This document shows positions 28,009 to 43,044 of a DNA stretch of 64,000 nt, in pieces. Position numbers and translations under genes: made by a program. Position 1 is the first letter of the stretch; every line of letters begins with the position of its first letter. The notes under the pieces were generated by a model. It was not told where the DNA came from and searched no databases. It saw nothing but the letters and a program-made list of their open reading frames with translations. The DNA is from Hydrolagus colliei. Its lineage: Eukaryota. The DNA lies in contig CM068748.1 of assembly GCA_035084275.1 (NCBI GenBank), positions 7,874,001 through 7,938,000 on the forward strand, given 5' to 3'.

Positions 28009-28898
28009 CCACTGGACAGCTGGATACAGGAAATGCAGAAGTGTATTTATTTTCACAACAGAAGCTGGGAAAATTGATAAATACAGCCCATCAGCTAAAT
28101 CTTCCCAGATGTGCTCAATAACCACATGAATAGAGATCAGGTCTCATTGTGGATAAAAATAAAGTATAGCCCATCACACAAAATCCATTGTACAGCACCA
28201 ACCAAAATATGTTGTCACTCTAGTATCACACCGTACTGGTTTTCTTCACCCACCCACACAATGCCAGCCCTCCTTTCTCTCTCAGTTCTCTTTCACAATC
28301 CCAACTTCACTTTTCACATACGGTGCCTGTCCTTTATCTCTTCAATATCAGCTATTCCCCACAATAGCAATCCTTGGGAGAAGAATTGCCCCAAGGATTG
28401 CTATTGTGCAGTGATAGGGCAGTGATAGCTCTTCGCTTAACAAACGATATTGTACATGTATTAGATTCAGAAAGATGCAAGTAAAAATCTTGCTGTTAAT
28501 TAAAACACAGATGCCCCATAATATTCAGCTGCTAGATATACACATGTATTTGAAACTAAATATTCTCAGTATGATATTTTTGTGTTGCAAATTGTTATTT
28601 GGTACGCAAATTTAGATTTCTTTTATTTGTCTAGTGTATAAACCAAATACCTAAGGTAGACATAATGTTCTAATGACACAATATATTACAAATAAATAGT
28701 TAAAAATGTCTACCCTGATGTTATAGTGTTTTAAGAATTTGAGGGCCCAAGTCAACCCCTGTCTCAGCTATAAACCGAATTTCGCAGTTACTATTAAGCA
28801 CATCTGGAAGAATTTAGCTGATGGGCTATATTACGCATGTCCCAACTTATGTTGTGAAAATAAATTCACTTCCGAGGTTCCTGTATCTTTTCCAGATG
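28009..28898. repeat. Inverted repeat pair (about 110 bp arms, about 670 bp spacer) in PTEN intron 3
   Basis: 28023-28120 aligns by eye with the reverse complement of 28790-28887. Confidence 0.75.
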
Positions 28899-30196
28899 GG
28901 TTCAATGGAAGATACTAGGGCTACATTTAAAGCATGGCCCTGGAGCAAATCATTTTATTTCAAAATGTTTAAGAATTAAGGTTCAATTTGGGGAGGGAGA
29001 AGACGGACAAACTTCCCTCCCTAACACTGCTTCATGACTGAGCTTTTCAAAACATGCCCAAATGAGTAAAGGTGTGCTGTATGGGCTGGTACGGAGCAAA
29101 TAAGGCCTCTGCCAGTAACTATCACTACTTCCCAAATGTGGCAGCTGATCTCTGAAACAGGCTGATCTTGTGTTGTTTTTAAACAAACTCGGGATTTGGT
29201 AGGACACATTTTGCTAAAGATACTCCTTTGACTCCAGAAAAATGTAACCAAAATCCTTTTGATGGTATTCTAGAAGTCCTTTTAGCAGGACAATCAATCA
29301 TGGATCTCCCAATACATTTACATTTGGTGACGCCTACTATACAAATTCTTAATCTATTCACATTCCTGGCCGATGTTGCAGATCTGAATAAGACTTCCAC
29401 ATTTGCTCCAGCACTTAAGTTGCTTTCTAGAAGCCCTGCTTCTACTTTAATAGTTTCATAATTTTTCTTTTGATAACTGTTACCGTGCTATAATGCTCCA
29501 GTCGCTCCAAGACTTAAATACTTAAATCCAAGTTAGATGAGGTTCTATGAAAATTACAGAGGATCCTAGCATCCCCTCTGTGAAAGGCGTTACACAAATG
29601 TAATTTTGTTGTTGTTGTTGCCCTTCAACCTTTTATCAGAACACTTTCTTCTTTTTAGAAATTACTACATTATATGTTTATTGCTTCTCCAAACGTCCCT
29701 ACTTTCCTCTTGTTCAGCTCTAAATATGCATACATAGATTAAGATGAAAACACTGCATTGTTTGTTACTCAAACGTCCAAGACCATGGAACTCCCAACCT
29801 CCCTCAATCAATCCCTTCTCCTCCGGGCATTTCAATGCCAAATTCTGCGTTACCCAACTACCAGCATTTGAACTATTGCTTTTCTCTCCAATTCTATGTA
29901 ATTAATGTTTTGCACCTTGGTTCATGCCATTATGTCTCATTATTACTAGGTTTGGATTCCCAGGTTTAAATTAAGATTTGTATATAGAATAATTCCAGTA
30001 ATTGTTTACAAAAGCAAAACAAATGAAAAAAAATTATTCCAAACAAAGAGTTCACATCAGCCTTAACATTTTCATTGAATGTTAAATATACTTTCACTTT
30101 CAAAAACAGTATATTTTAATTATATCTAACTGTTTTGAGTTGATCTAGTAACATCTTCAAACAAGGGAGGACATAACAATGTAAATAAATACTTAC

Positions 30197-30241
30197 AGGT
30201 TGTATATCTTGTAATGGTTTTTATGTTTTGCATCCAGGAAC
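30197..30241 (-). CDS. PTEN: PTEN exon 3 (FLDAKHKNHYKIYNL)
   Basis: 45 nt, TAG/GTAAGT boundaries. Confidence 0.97.
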
Positions 30242-33200
30242 CTAGGTCCAAACAAAAATAGTTACGGTTTCTAATTCTTTCTAAAGTTTCAAATGAAATA
30301 TTTAGAAATAAACATTGCACCATCATTTGTAAATCATTAGAAAACAATTTATCAACAAGTGATTAATTGTGTCAGAAATGCATTCATGTACATTTTCTTT
30401 CAAATTAAAAACATAATCGTTGTATTCAAAAAACAAATAAATGAAATGCAAATTGGGTAAGCATCGTCTGTGATGGTAAACATTCAATGATTAAGGCAAG
30501 AACAGATAATAGAGCGACTCAACATTGGCCAATATAACCTTACTGAGCAGAGAACTATAAAACTCAAACCATTAGGGTACAGTGGTACTGTTAAGCAAAG
30601 GAGAAACAAATATGGATTCTAACAAAGAGTAATAGTAGTCAAATTGCTTTTAATGGGCTACATAGCCCCATAGCCAGTCCTTCGTCGTTTTGTTACCAGT
30701 TTAATAGTAAATAAGTTAAATTTAGATAACTTCATAAAAAGACAACATGTATGCTTCCTTTTAAAACTAGGGATGTTTGGATTAAACTGAACAGCTGCTG
30801 GTGGCACCATCACTGAAGAGGTTATCCTAATCATAAAACATTCAATGTTTCTTTCTATGAACAATTCACCTCTTGGAATCATGATTTGCTCAGATAACCA
30901 TGGGCCTATTGGGTTGTTTAAGAGCTCAGAGATGCCATTGTGACCATATTTTTCAGTGTGGTCCTAAATATTTTTTAAAAATACACCAATCAAAGTCATA
31001 GTTTCAGGGTACTAGCAAAGAAATGGCATAATGCTTCAGAATTAATGAGAAGTACATTTCAAATGCAATCTCCATATTTGCCATAAACAATTCAAACTGA
31101 GTTATCCCCCAAATGCCATATAAGGAGGTAATCAGTGTGTTATTTAGTAGGATATTAATATTCAAAGCAAATTTTATTATTTTCCTAGGCATAGTTACTG
31201 TTCGTAGATTCAATGATCCTGAGGTCATATGAAACCTGTGGTTTGACCAACATACAGTGCAATTCACAGGGCTGTTATCTACTGCTTCCACCGGCAAGTG
31301 AGGCTCTAAATTGTTAGATTCTATCTCTCCTCCCTCCCAACCCAGATTTTCAGATCAAGATCTCATGAAGTGCCGTGGAAGAAACCAAGTCCACGACCCA
31401 TTTCTTCTCCACTGAAGACCTTTTATCCTGTATAATTAATTCTGGCATTTGATATAGCGGCTTATTCAGTCGCCAAAATGTCTTAAAATTATTCACAGGA
31501 CACGCTGTAAATTGGTGTAACTGTATTACGCAGGTGAATGTGGTAGTCAATTTGCACACAGCAATGTCAAACTATGGATATGCAGATACTGTATTTTCTC
31601 TAATCCTACCTTACAACAGCACTTTGTTCATTCAACAGTGCTATTTGGCACATGCACTTATACCTATAAACTGGGAGGATTATTTTCTAAAATAAGTATG
31701 GCCTGATAGAAGATGTAAACTCTTTCAGAGTATTTCAGAAATCAAAGGTAGTTTATGTTTAGGATTAAGGGAATTATTGACGTTGATCTTATGTTTAAGT
31801 AACACCTGATTTGAATAGTCAGTTTTGTTTTTAAAATATATACACTGTACATTTGCAACAACTTGGGAGAAATCAAAATGCAAGCACTGTTGGTCTCCCC
31901 AAAAATAAGGACAGCTGGAAATCTACCTTGTTGTTACAAATCTAATTCTCGGTTTCAAACAATTTCCAAACTGATGTGTACCAATACACAGGAAAAACTG
32001 TGTTATTCCACAAAAAGGTGCGCAGGTTTCCTGGTCAGATTTGTATAAAATACTCGCACAAAATACATTTTTAATGATACATTTGTTTTCCCTTTAATTT
32101 TTTAGCTTTTCCATTCAAATTAAAAACTTTTTTTCAGCATCTCTAATCTTTTCTGTTAACAGAATCCAGCTAATAACATGGCTGCACCATTGTATGTCTC
32201 TATGACACATGTCCTGTTTGAAAACAGGAGGAAGTTATTTGGACAATGCAACACAAGGGTCAAATCAAGTTCAAATACAGCTAACTCATTTAACCATTCA
32301 AGTCTGTTCATTTGAAAAGCTCGAGCTTAAACTATAAAACAAGTTTCTCAGTTGATCTGTAGAGTTCCCCCTCCCACACAAAAAATTCAAAGAAAGATAG
32401 GTTATGATCTGCATAAAGCAATTCAGATTATTGCTGCAAAATTACTTGCACAACACTGGCAAAAGCACACTGCTGGTGTAAGGTAAGAAGCCCCCAACCT
32501 AAGCTGATTTAGTATTATTTTTGGCTTCATACCATTAGCGGTATAAATTTCACTGGTATAAAAAACCTCTTGCAGGAATTCAAGCTGTAAATCTGAGTTT
32601 AATACCTTTAGAACTAGAAATTAGCAATATAGATGCACCAAAATCTATACACAAGGAGGTTCCAATTAATCGGTGATGTCTGACAGTTACCAATTTTACG
32701 AAAGGCTACTGAAGTATAATCGGACCATTCTAAAGTAAACATCATTGTGCATTAGAATTAAAATGCTGCAACAATTGGAGATGCAGTATAAATCTATTTT
32801 ATGAGGTATGATTCCGCACTGGAGCCCAGCTGCTAATAACACCTGAAGGAGCCGTTTCAGCAACATTTTGGAGTCCAAACATGGTTGGTGAAATGTAATT
32901 CAGGTTCTGCTCCTAATAGTTGCTTAAAAACATTCCAATAACTTCTAAGAAACCATTTTAAAATGCACTGACATGCAACTGCTCTTTGATATGATTGTTA
33001 AAATATTTCCTCCAATTAGTAAGTTAGTGTATAAAATCAGTTAAAGCAGCATCAATTAATTCTTTCTGAAATAAAATCTGGATGAATGCTTTAATAAGGA
33101 TAGAACTAAACCATGGGACTCTGGCAATAAAGAGGATAAATAAGTACCAATAAAGAAAATCAAACGTTCTGTAGAGAACATTAGTGCTTGAGCTACTGGG

Positions 33201-33945
33201 AATGGAAGCTTTTCAAAGCAAGTAGCTAATCAACGGTGAATAAGGTCAAATGGATTACGTTGCAGAAAGTACACACATTGACGAATGTTAGGAGATGTCC
33301 TTTCCAAATCGTGAGACTTCATTTCTTTATGAGGCTGTATAAGTAAATTTAGCACATGCTGGTTGGATGATGTTTTCTGGTGCAGAAACTAAAGCAATTC
33401 AGCAGATGCCAGTAGCATGGACGCACGGTAAAATACGTTACAAGGAAAAGTTAAAAGGTTCCCTCTGAAATTGCTTAAGCAGACAGGTGGCCAGAACACT
33501 GACCCAACTGGACAAGGTACTTCACCTGTGATAAAGGGCAACGAAATTTTGAAAATTGGGTCTTAAAATATGATTATGTAATACGATTCTAAAAGAAGTT
33601 GTGAATATCAAGTCCTACAATTAACTGGCTGATGTCAGAGCAACTCTGCTTCAATGCACCAGGCAGAATAAAGTAAAAATGCAACAATATGTTCAGAAAC
33701 TCCGAAGCAGCAGGATAAAAGGATATAGGTTCAGGGTGGTTAAGAAATTTTAGGATAGAAATCAGGAAATATTTCCTTATACATACAAAGGATTATCAGT
33801 AACTGGAATGGGTTACCAGGAAGGATGGTGGAGCCTACACACACATTGATATTGTTGATATCAAACAAACGCAACAAGAAAAAAAAGACTTCTATCCAGG
33901 CGAATTAGAAAAAAGTTTTAGCTCTCTTGGAAGATATTTGAAATA

Positions 33946-34146
33946 CAGTAAAGGCCTGTTTATCCAGCACCCGATCAACCTTAACTTCTGTATAGTTGGC
34001 ACCTCAAAAAAAGTCTGCATTCGATTAACCGGAATTTATCCAGAAAAATCATTTTTTTGTGTGTGTGTTTTCGGCCGAATATCCGGCACACACTTTAACC
34101 AGCATTGGCCAGGTCCCGAGGGTGCTGGATAAACGGGCTTTTACTG
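33946..34146. mobile_element. Tigger-like MITE (same family as 24518, opposite orientation)
   Basis: Same TIRs, TA TSD, reverse-complemented interior. Confidence 0.85.
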
Positions 34147-35725
34147 TATTTGTTATTAGCTCCACCTCCATACAGCCATGCCATTAAGGTTATCTTATTT
34201 CTTATCTTAGAACGATAAGAAATAAGTGATCATCTTTGTAATAAGCAACTCCATCAGAATTCATTTTCTGGTTCTGAATGTTGATCAAGAAACATTGAAG
34301 AAAGCCAAATTCAATACCAGATGCATACTGTGGTATACACCAAATTTCCTGCACCATTTAATAATTCAACAAAATCAATTCAAAAGTATGATTCAATCCT
34401 GGGGGAGCTCTTTAATTTTAGTTTTCTTCCCCACACCTTTCTACAGGGAGCTGTGCAGTGAGCATAAACAAGAGAAGCATCAATGAGTAGCTTCATAGGG
34501 AATCCTGCAGATTGGAATACTGCCAATGCAGAAATTTAATACTCAGCTCAAACTGAATTATCCCATCAAACCATTTCCTGATTGGCATCCATGGAAACTT
34601 CAGACATTTTACAACAGAGTTTCTTTTTTATATTTCAAATATGGATTGGGCAATACTTTAAAATCCTGATATTCTTTAAAACATACTGCATAAGTGTTTT
34701 TTCCCCCCAGATAAGAGTTATTTCGGTATTGGTAAGCCTAGTCACACTAGTTAAACTCTAACTTATCACTACGGTGTTATCTGCATGATCTTGCTCACAG
34801 AATATACAGGATAACCCACCCCTTTAGAACAGTTGCTTGTTAATAAAATGGGTGCCCTGTGGACCCAAGGCTTCCTGTGCGCTAAATGGCCAACTTCTAG
34901 GCCAATGAGTTGCCACTGTCTTATTGTGAGTACTTTTTACATTGTGAATAAGATCACGTGCTGTTGTGATACAGGTTGGGGTTTTACGAACCATCAAAAG
35001 CGCTTTAGAAACTGTATTTTGACATTTTAAAGAAACTAGGCAGAATATTTATGGTAATTCAATTTGAATGTCTTGTTGATTACAAACTGCTTAAACTTCA
35101 TGAATTACCATCAGAACCACTGCACTCCTAGAAGGCTTTTGCCACTCAGTTTAGAGTAACCTTTCATTGACAAACGTAGTGAACCCAATGCAGAAAAATT
35201 TATATTGTTAATTGTAGAGCACTCCGGGTAGATTGTATTAAATGAAAGGCTGTTTACAAATGCAATTTATTTCAGTTGTTGATAGCTCCAGTGGATAGTT
35301 AATAAAACAAGAGTCCCAAATCTGACTTATTGTTCTGAATGATAAAAGTAGCTCAAAGTTAACTATATCTCAGTTCCTAAATAGGATTCAAACCAGCAAC
35401 TGATTTTAAACTAAATAGGTTGTGATACTAAACCTTTGGGGGTTCTGGGGTAAGATAAAACAGTAAACAGCTAATTGGGATCAAAAACCTTTGCTTTTCC
35501 ATTTTAATCACTTCTGTTTCCTTGTCTCCCTATAACTTTCTACTTCTTCAATATCTCTACTTCTTATCCCTTAGAAACATCACTCAACAGTATTTTTTCT
35601 AGAATTTCGCGGGCACCGTTTCTAATTTTCGTTTTTGTGATTTATGTGGATAAACAAACAGATACATGGTGCATGGATAAAATTAGATTTTAATTATTTT
35701 CTATAGTTCAAGCTATTTAAAAATA

Positions 35726-36654
35726 CAGGTATCCCGCCCCAACCGCGGCCTCGTCAAACACGAAACTCATGCATTCACGGTTTGCTAAATGCGACAACCC
35801 TCACAAACTGCGTTATGCGCATCCGTGATTTAAATCCGCGAAAATTTTCACGTTTCACTCTTCCAAACAAGGGACCGCATTCATCCACATATTGGTGTGT
35901 ATTCATCCACTCCACGTTTCCCGCCTATGAGCATCTTTATTACCCTACGTGGTCTAGCTAGACTCATGGATCTACAGGTACTGTGTGTGTGTGAACAACT
36001 AGCGTATAGCACTAGATATAGCGCTTTACGCTAGGGTATAGTACCCAGTTGCTATGTTGCAATCAACCAGCAACAACGCTTCTCTCTTAGGATTAAGGTA
36101 AATACAGCAACATAAATTTATTGTCGCTTCTCCACAGCCTAGCTGGTAAGTTTGGGAGCATTGGCTGCCAGGATCTTCAGATCTCTCTCCGTGAGTGCAT
36201 CTCGGACTTTAGAAAGGTCTCTCTCTCTCACCTTCTCTCTATTTCACCTTCTCTTCCCCCCACCCCCTCTCTTTCTGTGTCTGTCTGTATCAGTCATTCA
36301 GTCAGTCAGACAGCCCCCACAGCCCTCCATGTCACCCCCTCCCTCCCCTATCCTCCATGTCTCTCTCTCTCTGTATGTAAGTCAGACAGCCTCACAGATT
36401 GCTGCAGATCCCAGAAGCCAATGCGCCCAAACTTACTCCCCCTATCCCCATGTATGTTATAGCTATATGTGTTTTTTTTGTGTTTAGTTTTACTAAATGC
36501 AAACTTACTCCCCCGGCATTTCCCAACCGCGAAAAAGCGAACGTACTCCCCCTAACCCTATGTTTCCCATAGGGCCCTGCATTTTCCAACTGCGGTTTTT
36601 CCAACCGCAAAGGTTTACAGGAACGTATCCCCTGCGGTTGGGGAGGGATACCTG
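35726..36654. mobile_element. Tigger-like non-autonomous DNA transposon (about 930 bp)
   Basis: TIR CAGGTATCCC(G/T)CCCCAACCGC; subterminal GGAACGTATCCCC; CpG-rich interior. Confidence 0.8.
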
Positions 36655-37151
36655 TGTTAATAACCTGTCTACAGCCAACAAAATCCTTTCTGGAAAATAA
36701 AGCAAGCATCAAAGCCTTAGCTGCACCATTAGAAAACTGGCCAACCAAGACATATTAGAATTCTTTCAAAATGCCAAATGTAAAATTTACAACTTCTATT
36801 GGAATTTTTAGACTTCCCACAAACGTTAACTTTTTTTAGTTCAGGTTGATTTTAAGCAGCAATTAATTTTTGTCAATGCGAGCTGTAGGACAGAATTAAT
36901 CTTGGAGAAAGCAGAATCCATAGCTTGGTATAAAGATAAAAATGTGGAAAAGTGATTCAGGTCTCAAAATAACATTTAGCATTGCTCTGAAAGAGGGGCA
37001 TGGGTTGTCCGAAATGATTGCACACATTTTTTGTAACACTTCTATCAACTTCTTGTACTATAATTAGTATCCCAAAAAAAACTTACTTGAATAGACAGTA
37101 GAATGTTCATAGGTTCAAAATAATGAAAATAAAGATAAATAAAAGGACTTA

Positions 37152-37241
<90 letters not shown>

Positions 37242-37250
37242 TTACAAAAG

Positions 37251-37258
37251 GTTAAGAA
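37251..37258 (-). promoter_or_regulatory. U12-type branch point of PTEN intron 1
   Basis: TTCTTAAC (consensus TCCTTAAC) 13 nt before the exon, with no long polypyrimidine tract. Confidence 0.88.
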
Positions 37259-40129
37259 CAACAAAGAATCCTGTACATCAGTATTTCATTAATAGAAACC
37301 AACTGAGTAGTCAAATGCAAGAGATTGCAAATTATACTATCGGTAAACTGTGGAGATTAGTTTCTTCCTAGTTACTCTGTTGTAGTCATCCTATTATCTG
37401 AAGCATATATATTTAACTCCAATGAGGTAGAACTGTTTGCCACCATTCTTTTAGAAACATATTCCTGCAAAATAAATATACAGTCAACAGTTTATTTCCT
37501 GCTCTAGGACTGAAATTTAGTGTTCAGACTCAAAAAGTTCTAGAATTATGTAATATCGGAAAACACCAATATTTCAATCAAGAACAGGAACCAAAAAATT
37601 ACAGCTATATCAATTCTCCTACTTTGTTTGACGTGCTCCTATGCATAAAAAACAATTTTGTACAATAGACATAATGGCTACATCAAATGTATGTAATCCT
37701 ATTCAGTTTTGATTGCTCAATTAAACTGTAGACCAAAAATAGATCTGCATAGTGCTGAATTACCTTTAATGGCGAACCATTTCAAGTGGTTCTGCATTTC
37801 CGTACTAGTAAATCCAGAACTGACATCAGTACTATAGGTCAGTTGTTATTAAAAGGTACATTCCAACTCTTCGGCTAGCTTAGTAGATAAAAGGTATGGC
37901 TTAGTGCAGTATCAAGGCATACATTCCATAATGTTTCATGTTTAATTTCAGTGCTGATAAAACAAATAGTTGGTATCATATTCAAATATATGTGCTTTGT
38001 CAATAGTTCACCTGGATCTAGCAGATGAAGCCTGCTTTGACCAATAACAAGCCTGATGAAGAAAAGTACCACAGCTTAAACCAAGAGCCAGATCCACAGT
38101 CTCCAAGATGACTTATTTAAGAAAAGGTTAAAACAATTTCTACCGCTCTAACCCCAGGTCAAAGTAACTCGAAAGTTTAACTTTGAGGCACATTTGCAAT
38201 TTATCATTATAATGGTCATTATTTCTCTCTGAAATACTAATACTTTATATGCAACAGACAGCAAAATGTATTCCACTGCACAATCAACAGAACCAATCAA
38301 ATGTATTTACTGTTACAAATGTTTTACTTTACTGTGTATTTAAAACAAGTTGCTAGTCAAAAGTGAAATCAATCACTATCTGAATTCTACTAATGCACAA
38401 TTCTATAATAAAAATAATTAAAGAGAAACCTAACAACATGCACAGTAGAAAATATGGGATCGTTCCACCTGTTTTATATAGTATCCAATGTTTTAATATA
38501 TAAACAGTACTGTACAGATGTACACATGATTACCCTTTATAATATTAAGGAAATATAGAATTATTCTAGTCAAGATGACCTTCGTAACTCAAGGGTAATT
38601 TGATCGTGAGCTGCCCAATTATAAATTCTGTGTAATACTCTTAATAGAAATGTCAACAGAGTACCTCTCCAAATAAATATGCCCCACCCATTTCAGCTTG
38701 AAGGATTGAGCTTCATGTTTTATTGATTAATGCCAGCACTATTCTAGATGTGTTTTATACAGGTATGTGCATTAATTGCAGGCAGCCATGCAGATATACA
38801 ATTTCTTCTGATAAACTGAATTATCAGAATATATTGTATATATTTATTGCATTAAACAGTAAAGGCAGTAAATAATAACAATCCTTGCATTTGATATATA
38901 ATATTACAAAGGCTTACAGTGTTGCATGCATTACCTACAGGGTAATATACAGACTCAAGACAACCATGCCTTAGTCAGTACAGTATATACAAAAAGGTAT
39001 GCACAGTGTTAAAGTATTTCTATACAAAGCTCATCTACAGTATACTTGTTTGTTTTTCTGCTCCCTTTTGTTATTATTTTACCATATTTGCTCATGTTGT
39101 CCATGTCTGCTTGACCATTTCTTGCTTACACCATTGGAAAAAAACTAAATTATCTAAAATATTTAAATTATCTAACATGTACATTTTACAGAACATTGAT
39201 TCATTGATTATTTGTTGATTGCAATGTGCAACAGTTAAAACATAGACCGGTTTTAGAGACCAAGTACACTACTCAAAACTACAATCCATACTTCTGGTTG
39301 CACACGATAAGACTTGCTTCCTGTTATAAATCACTGTGACAGCTGCAATCTAAAAAGAAAACCCCTCATCTGAAGGCTATACTGTGAAGCATAAATAGGA
39401 TTTACCACAGTTGCCACCTCAACCATAAAGCAAGCATTTACATAACAGGCATTAAGACTTTTCTTAAACCCACATATACCAGGAAATGAGCCATACATTG
39501 CACTGCTACAAAATCTTCATTGTTTATGCAACTACATTGAGAGGAAAGATGTTGACTTTTTGAATTGATAAGCAAAACATTAAATAAAGGAATGTTAATC
39601 TGTTATTTGATATTCTAACTTTAAAAAAAACTATTTCACAGCATCATTGAAGTATTGCTTTTGAAAAGCTAGCCATATAATTAACTACACTTTCTAAATT
39701 TTGGTACTTATTTTAAAAAATCTAGTCAGTATCACTGACATTAATTGATTCCGTTATCAGACTTGTACCTGCTCAAACAATTCATATAATCTAATACAAG
39801 CATTGCAAAAAAAAAAGTCGTATTTAATTTGGGGGCATAATCATTCCCTTGGTGTTGCAGATATGCACTTGCATTCCACATTCTTGAAACCATATTAGGC
39901 ACACTCATACTGAGACCATCTTAATTGGCAAAATCAGTTTCATAAAGATTCATGAACTACAATTTTCCCACACATGGTTAAATGTTCAGTAAGCCACAAT
40001 TGGTACTAGTACTAGAAATAATACTTTGTAAATGTTAGAAGGAAAATAATAAACTTCTGGTTTCCTGATAATTAAAAATCATTGCTTTAGTGTAACAACG
40101 ACAACGAGCATTTATCTAGCGTTTCAGAA

Positions 40130-40320
40130 AACTTAACTGATGCGGAGCTAGGGGGAGGGAAGATGACCGTAGGCACGTTCGAAGAGGGAGATCTTCAAGT
40201 ACTCCACGGAGAGAACGGGGCATTGAGAATGGTTTGAGGGAGTGCTTCACAGCTTCGGAGAGTAGTGGCTGAAACCACAGCCACTGATGGTGAGGAAGAT
40301 CCAGGGTATAGAACGCAGAA
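40130..40320 (-). mobile_element. Degenerate L2 3' fragment
   Basis: Similar to the other L2 3' fragments. Confidence 0.5.
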
Positions 40321-42166
40321 AAAAAAAATCTCTGAACATGCAAACCCAAAATTCAATTCAACAACCAGATCACGAACAATAGCCACCCCGACGCACAACT
40401 CCACTTGTAACCCTTTTCCTGAAAGCTGCTTTTATTCAAGCAATGAAAACTGAAGCAAACAAATTTGCAAAAAGTAAACAAATAACCAATGGCTGAGCAC
40501 AACAAGTAATTCTTGAGTAGGGCTGACAGCAGATTAGGAAAGAATACTCCCCAAAAAACCAGAAAATTGGGATTCATTACAAGATGGAACCCAACTAATT
40601 AGACGCAAATTGCTTTGATAAAATAAAACTGTACATTATACTCTCAATGTTAGGAAATTCCTATTTTTACATGAATTTTGATCTTAATTATCTTGCTTTT
40701 TCTTAAAATTTCCAGAATACAAAATGTACTTTATACTCAATTGACAACAGTAAAATATAAAGTTTAAGCTGCTAATCAACTGCTGACCATATAAAAGCAA
40801 TGTATCTGTGATCAATGTACCAGAAAGAAACAAATGAATGAGATGATCAGTTCAAGCCTAAATAAGAATGATAACAACTGAATGGTAGACAAGTTCCTCT
40901 TTCTGTATAAATATTATCTGTATCTTTGTTAATCGGGATGGTATTCTCAATTGGACTCAAAGTGTGGGCAACCACCTCAGTGCTCAAGATATGTACTGAA
41001 GGTAGTGTTACAACATGCGCAGTCAAATGTTTTAGTTCACATTTGAATTTATAATGTGGGTTGGTAACCAAGTTGAAAAGCCTTTTGACTGTTTTAAATA
41101 TGGAGCTGCAAAAGGTAGTTCAGATGTAATGCGATGCAAACAAACTTTTACTCCATACAATATAAAGAATGCATTCTTTTTAGGCTGGACCTACCCTAAT
41201 ACATTTTCGACTTGCAAGTAGTAAGCTCTTGAGCAAAAAATTAAAAGAAACAATTTGCTCTTTTTAAAAAAAATTCAGATACTAGCAAAGGAATCTGTGG
41301 TATTCCACATAGGTCTTGCAATATAGGCAACAACTACTAACATTATTTTTTGTAGCCTCGATATGTTGGTACAGAAATATCAATTACACTATCTAAACCT
41401 CACTGAAACCTGGGAGAATTTGTTTTATCCTGTGTATATGTGTATATATATTTTTATCAGAAATACTGAGATTGCAACATCATACAGGCAGGGGTAAGAT
41501 CTGAAGCGAGCGTAGATAAGCTCCGAAAATAAACCTGACGTTGCCAGCCCAAACAAAATGGCAGAAATTTCTAAAAAGGGAAATATACTGCCACAAGTAA
41601 ACATTTCTAGGGGAAAGAATCACCTCGGAGTAATGTGCTTTCAAAATTCATCACCATCTTGGTGATTATCATTTACTGTATGATGTATACGAGCATCATT
41701 TTGGAGGAAATAGCAGCAGTACACCAAGACTTCCCCTCAGTACACCAAGAAGTCAGAAATGTTCTAACCTGTGGAATGAAAAGTTCCAGTGGGAATTAAA
41801 CACAGACAGACATCATCTGCCCACCTCTGTATTGTAAATAGCTTATCTGGATCAGATCTGTACAGATAACTAAATAACTAAATTAAATAACTAAATTACT
41901 ACGTCACATACAAAGATGAATTATAGTCAAGCCATTGCCAGTAAGATGACTCAAAATAATAACTTACGCACATTTAAGTTACAGCAATATAGTCTCAATT
42001 TTGACAGAAGCACCACAAAGTAAATATGATTGCAGCAATTAGGAACATAAAACCAGTCTTTAAAATAGAACAGTTTACAATTAAATAAGTATTGAAACAC
42101 GAATGTAAAAGAATTATAAAATGCATCACAAAATTTATGTGGGCTCATCTTACATATGTAGAGTTA

Positions 42167-42731
42167 CAGTTGGCCCTTGCCGAAAGCCGGGGGTACGTTC
42201 CTGGAAAACAGCGCATTCAGTAAAATCGTGTTCGGTAAGCTTAATAAGTAATGGGAAAAAGGGGGTTAGCGGAATCTATCCACAGGCTATCCAACCTCAA
42301 GCCTCCAGGCACACCCACACCTGACCAACGCAAGGTACATAATAAGGCGGCTACAGCCGGCTGGCCCGCTCGTCACTCTCCCCGCCTTCACTGACGACAA
42401 TAAAACAGCACCTTACACTACCACAGCTTAGCTAAATTATTTTACCTTTGGTCCTGGAAGTGATAGGAGACTCTCTCTCTCTCTGTCTCTTCTATTTACC
42501 ATGCAATGCCATCAGTTTGCTCTGAGGCCGAAGAATCATTGGACTAAGGCGAGAGCTGGTGGTATCCTCCCAAGTGTGCATTGCGCGTGCCAGCGATCTC
42601 CCATGGGTGCCGGGCCAGCCAACGCATATACACAAATTTTACTCGTGTATACACAAAAAAGTGCCACATTTATTTATTCGCGTATATGCGAATCTGTACT
42701 CAAGAAAGTCACGTTCGGCAAGGGTTGACTA
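42167..42731. mobile_element. Tigger-like non-autonomous DNA transposon
   Basis: TIR CAGTTGGCCCTTGCCGAA / TTCGGCAAGGGTTGACTA; GGGGGTACGTTCC subterminal motif; TA flanks. Confidence 0.75.
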
Positions 42732-43044
42732 TATTTCTATATACCACTTCCGGGATTTTACATATCTAATCACGATGCATCAAAAACAGTGCAGGTCATA
42801 ATTCAAACAGTGATGTAACTTCCAGGTGTGCTGAGAAAACTCTCAAACTAATTAGTCCCAAATGGTGAAGCTGAAAAGATCGGACGACAGATGGAAAACA
42901 CAAGCATTAGTCCAATGCTCTAAGGTTAGTTTATGATTCTCCAATTAGAACTACGTGCTTGTATTCATTCTGTTCTAACATACACGTAAAGCGCAAACAT
43001 AACAGGGTGAAACGTTGGGTACATTTCCTTATTCCACATGCCAC

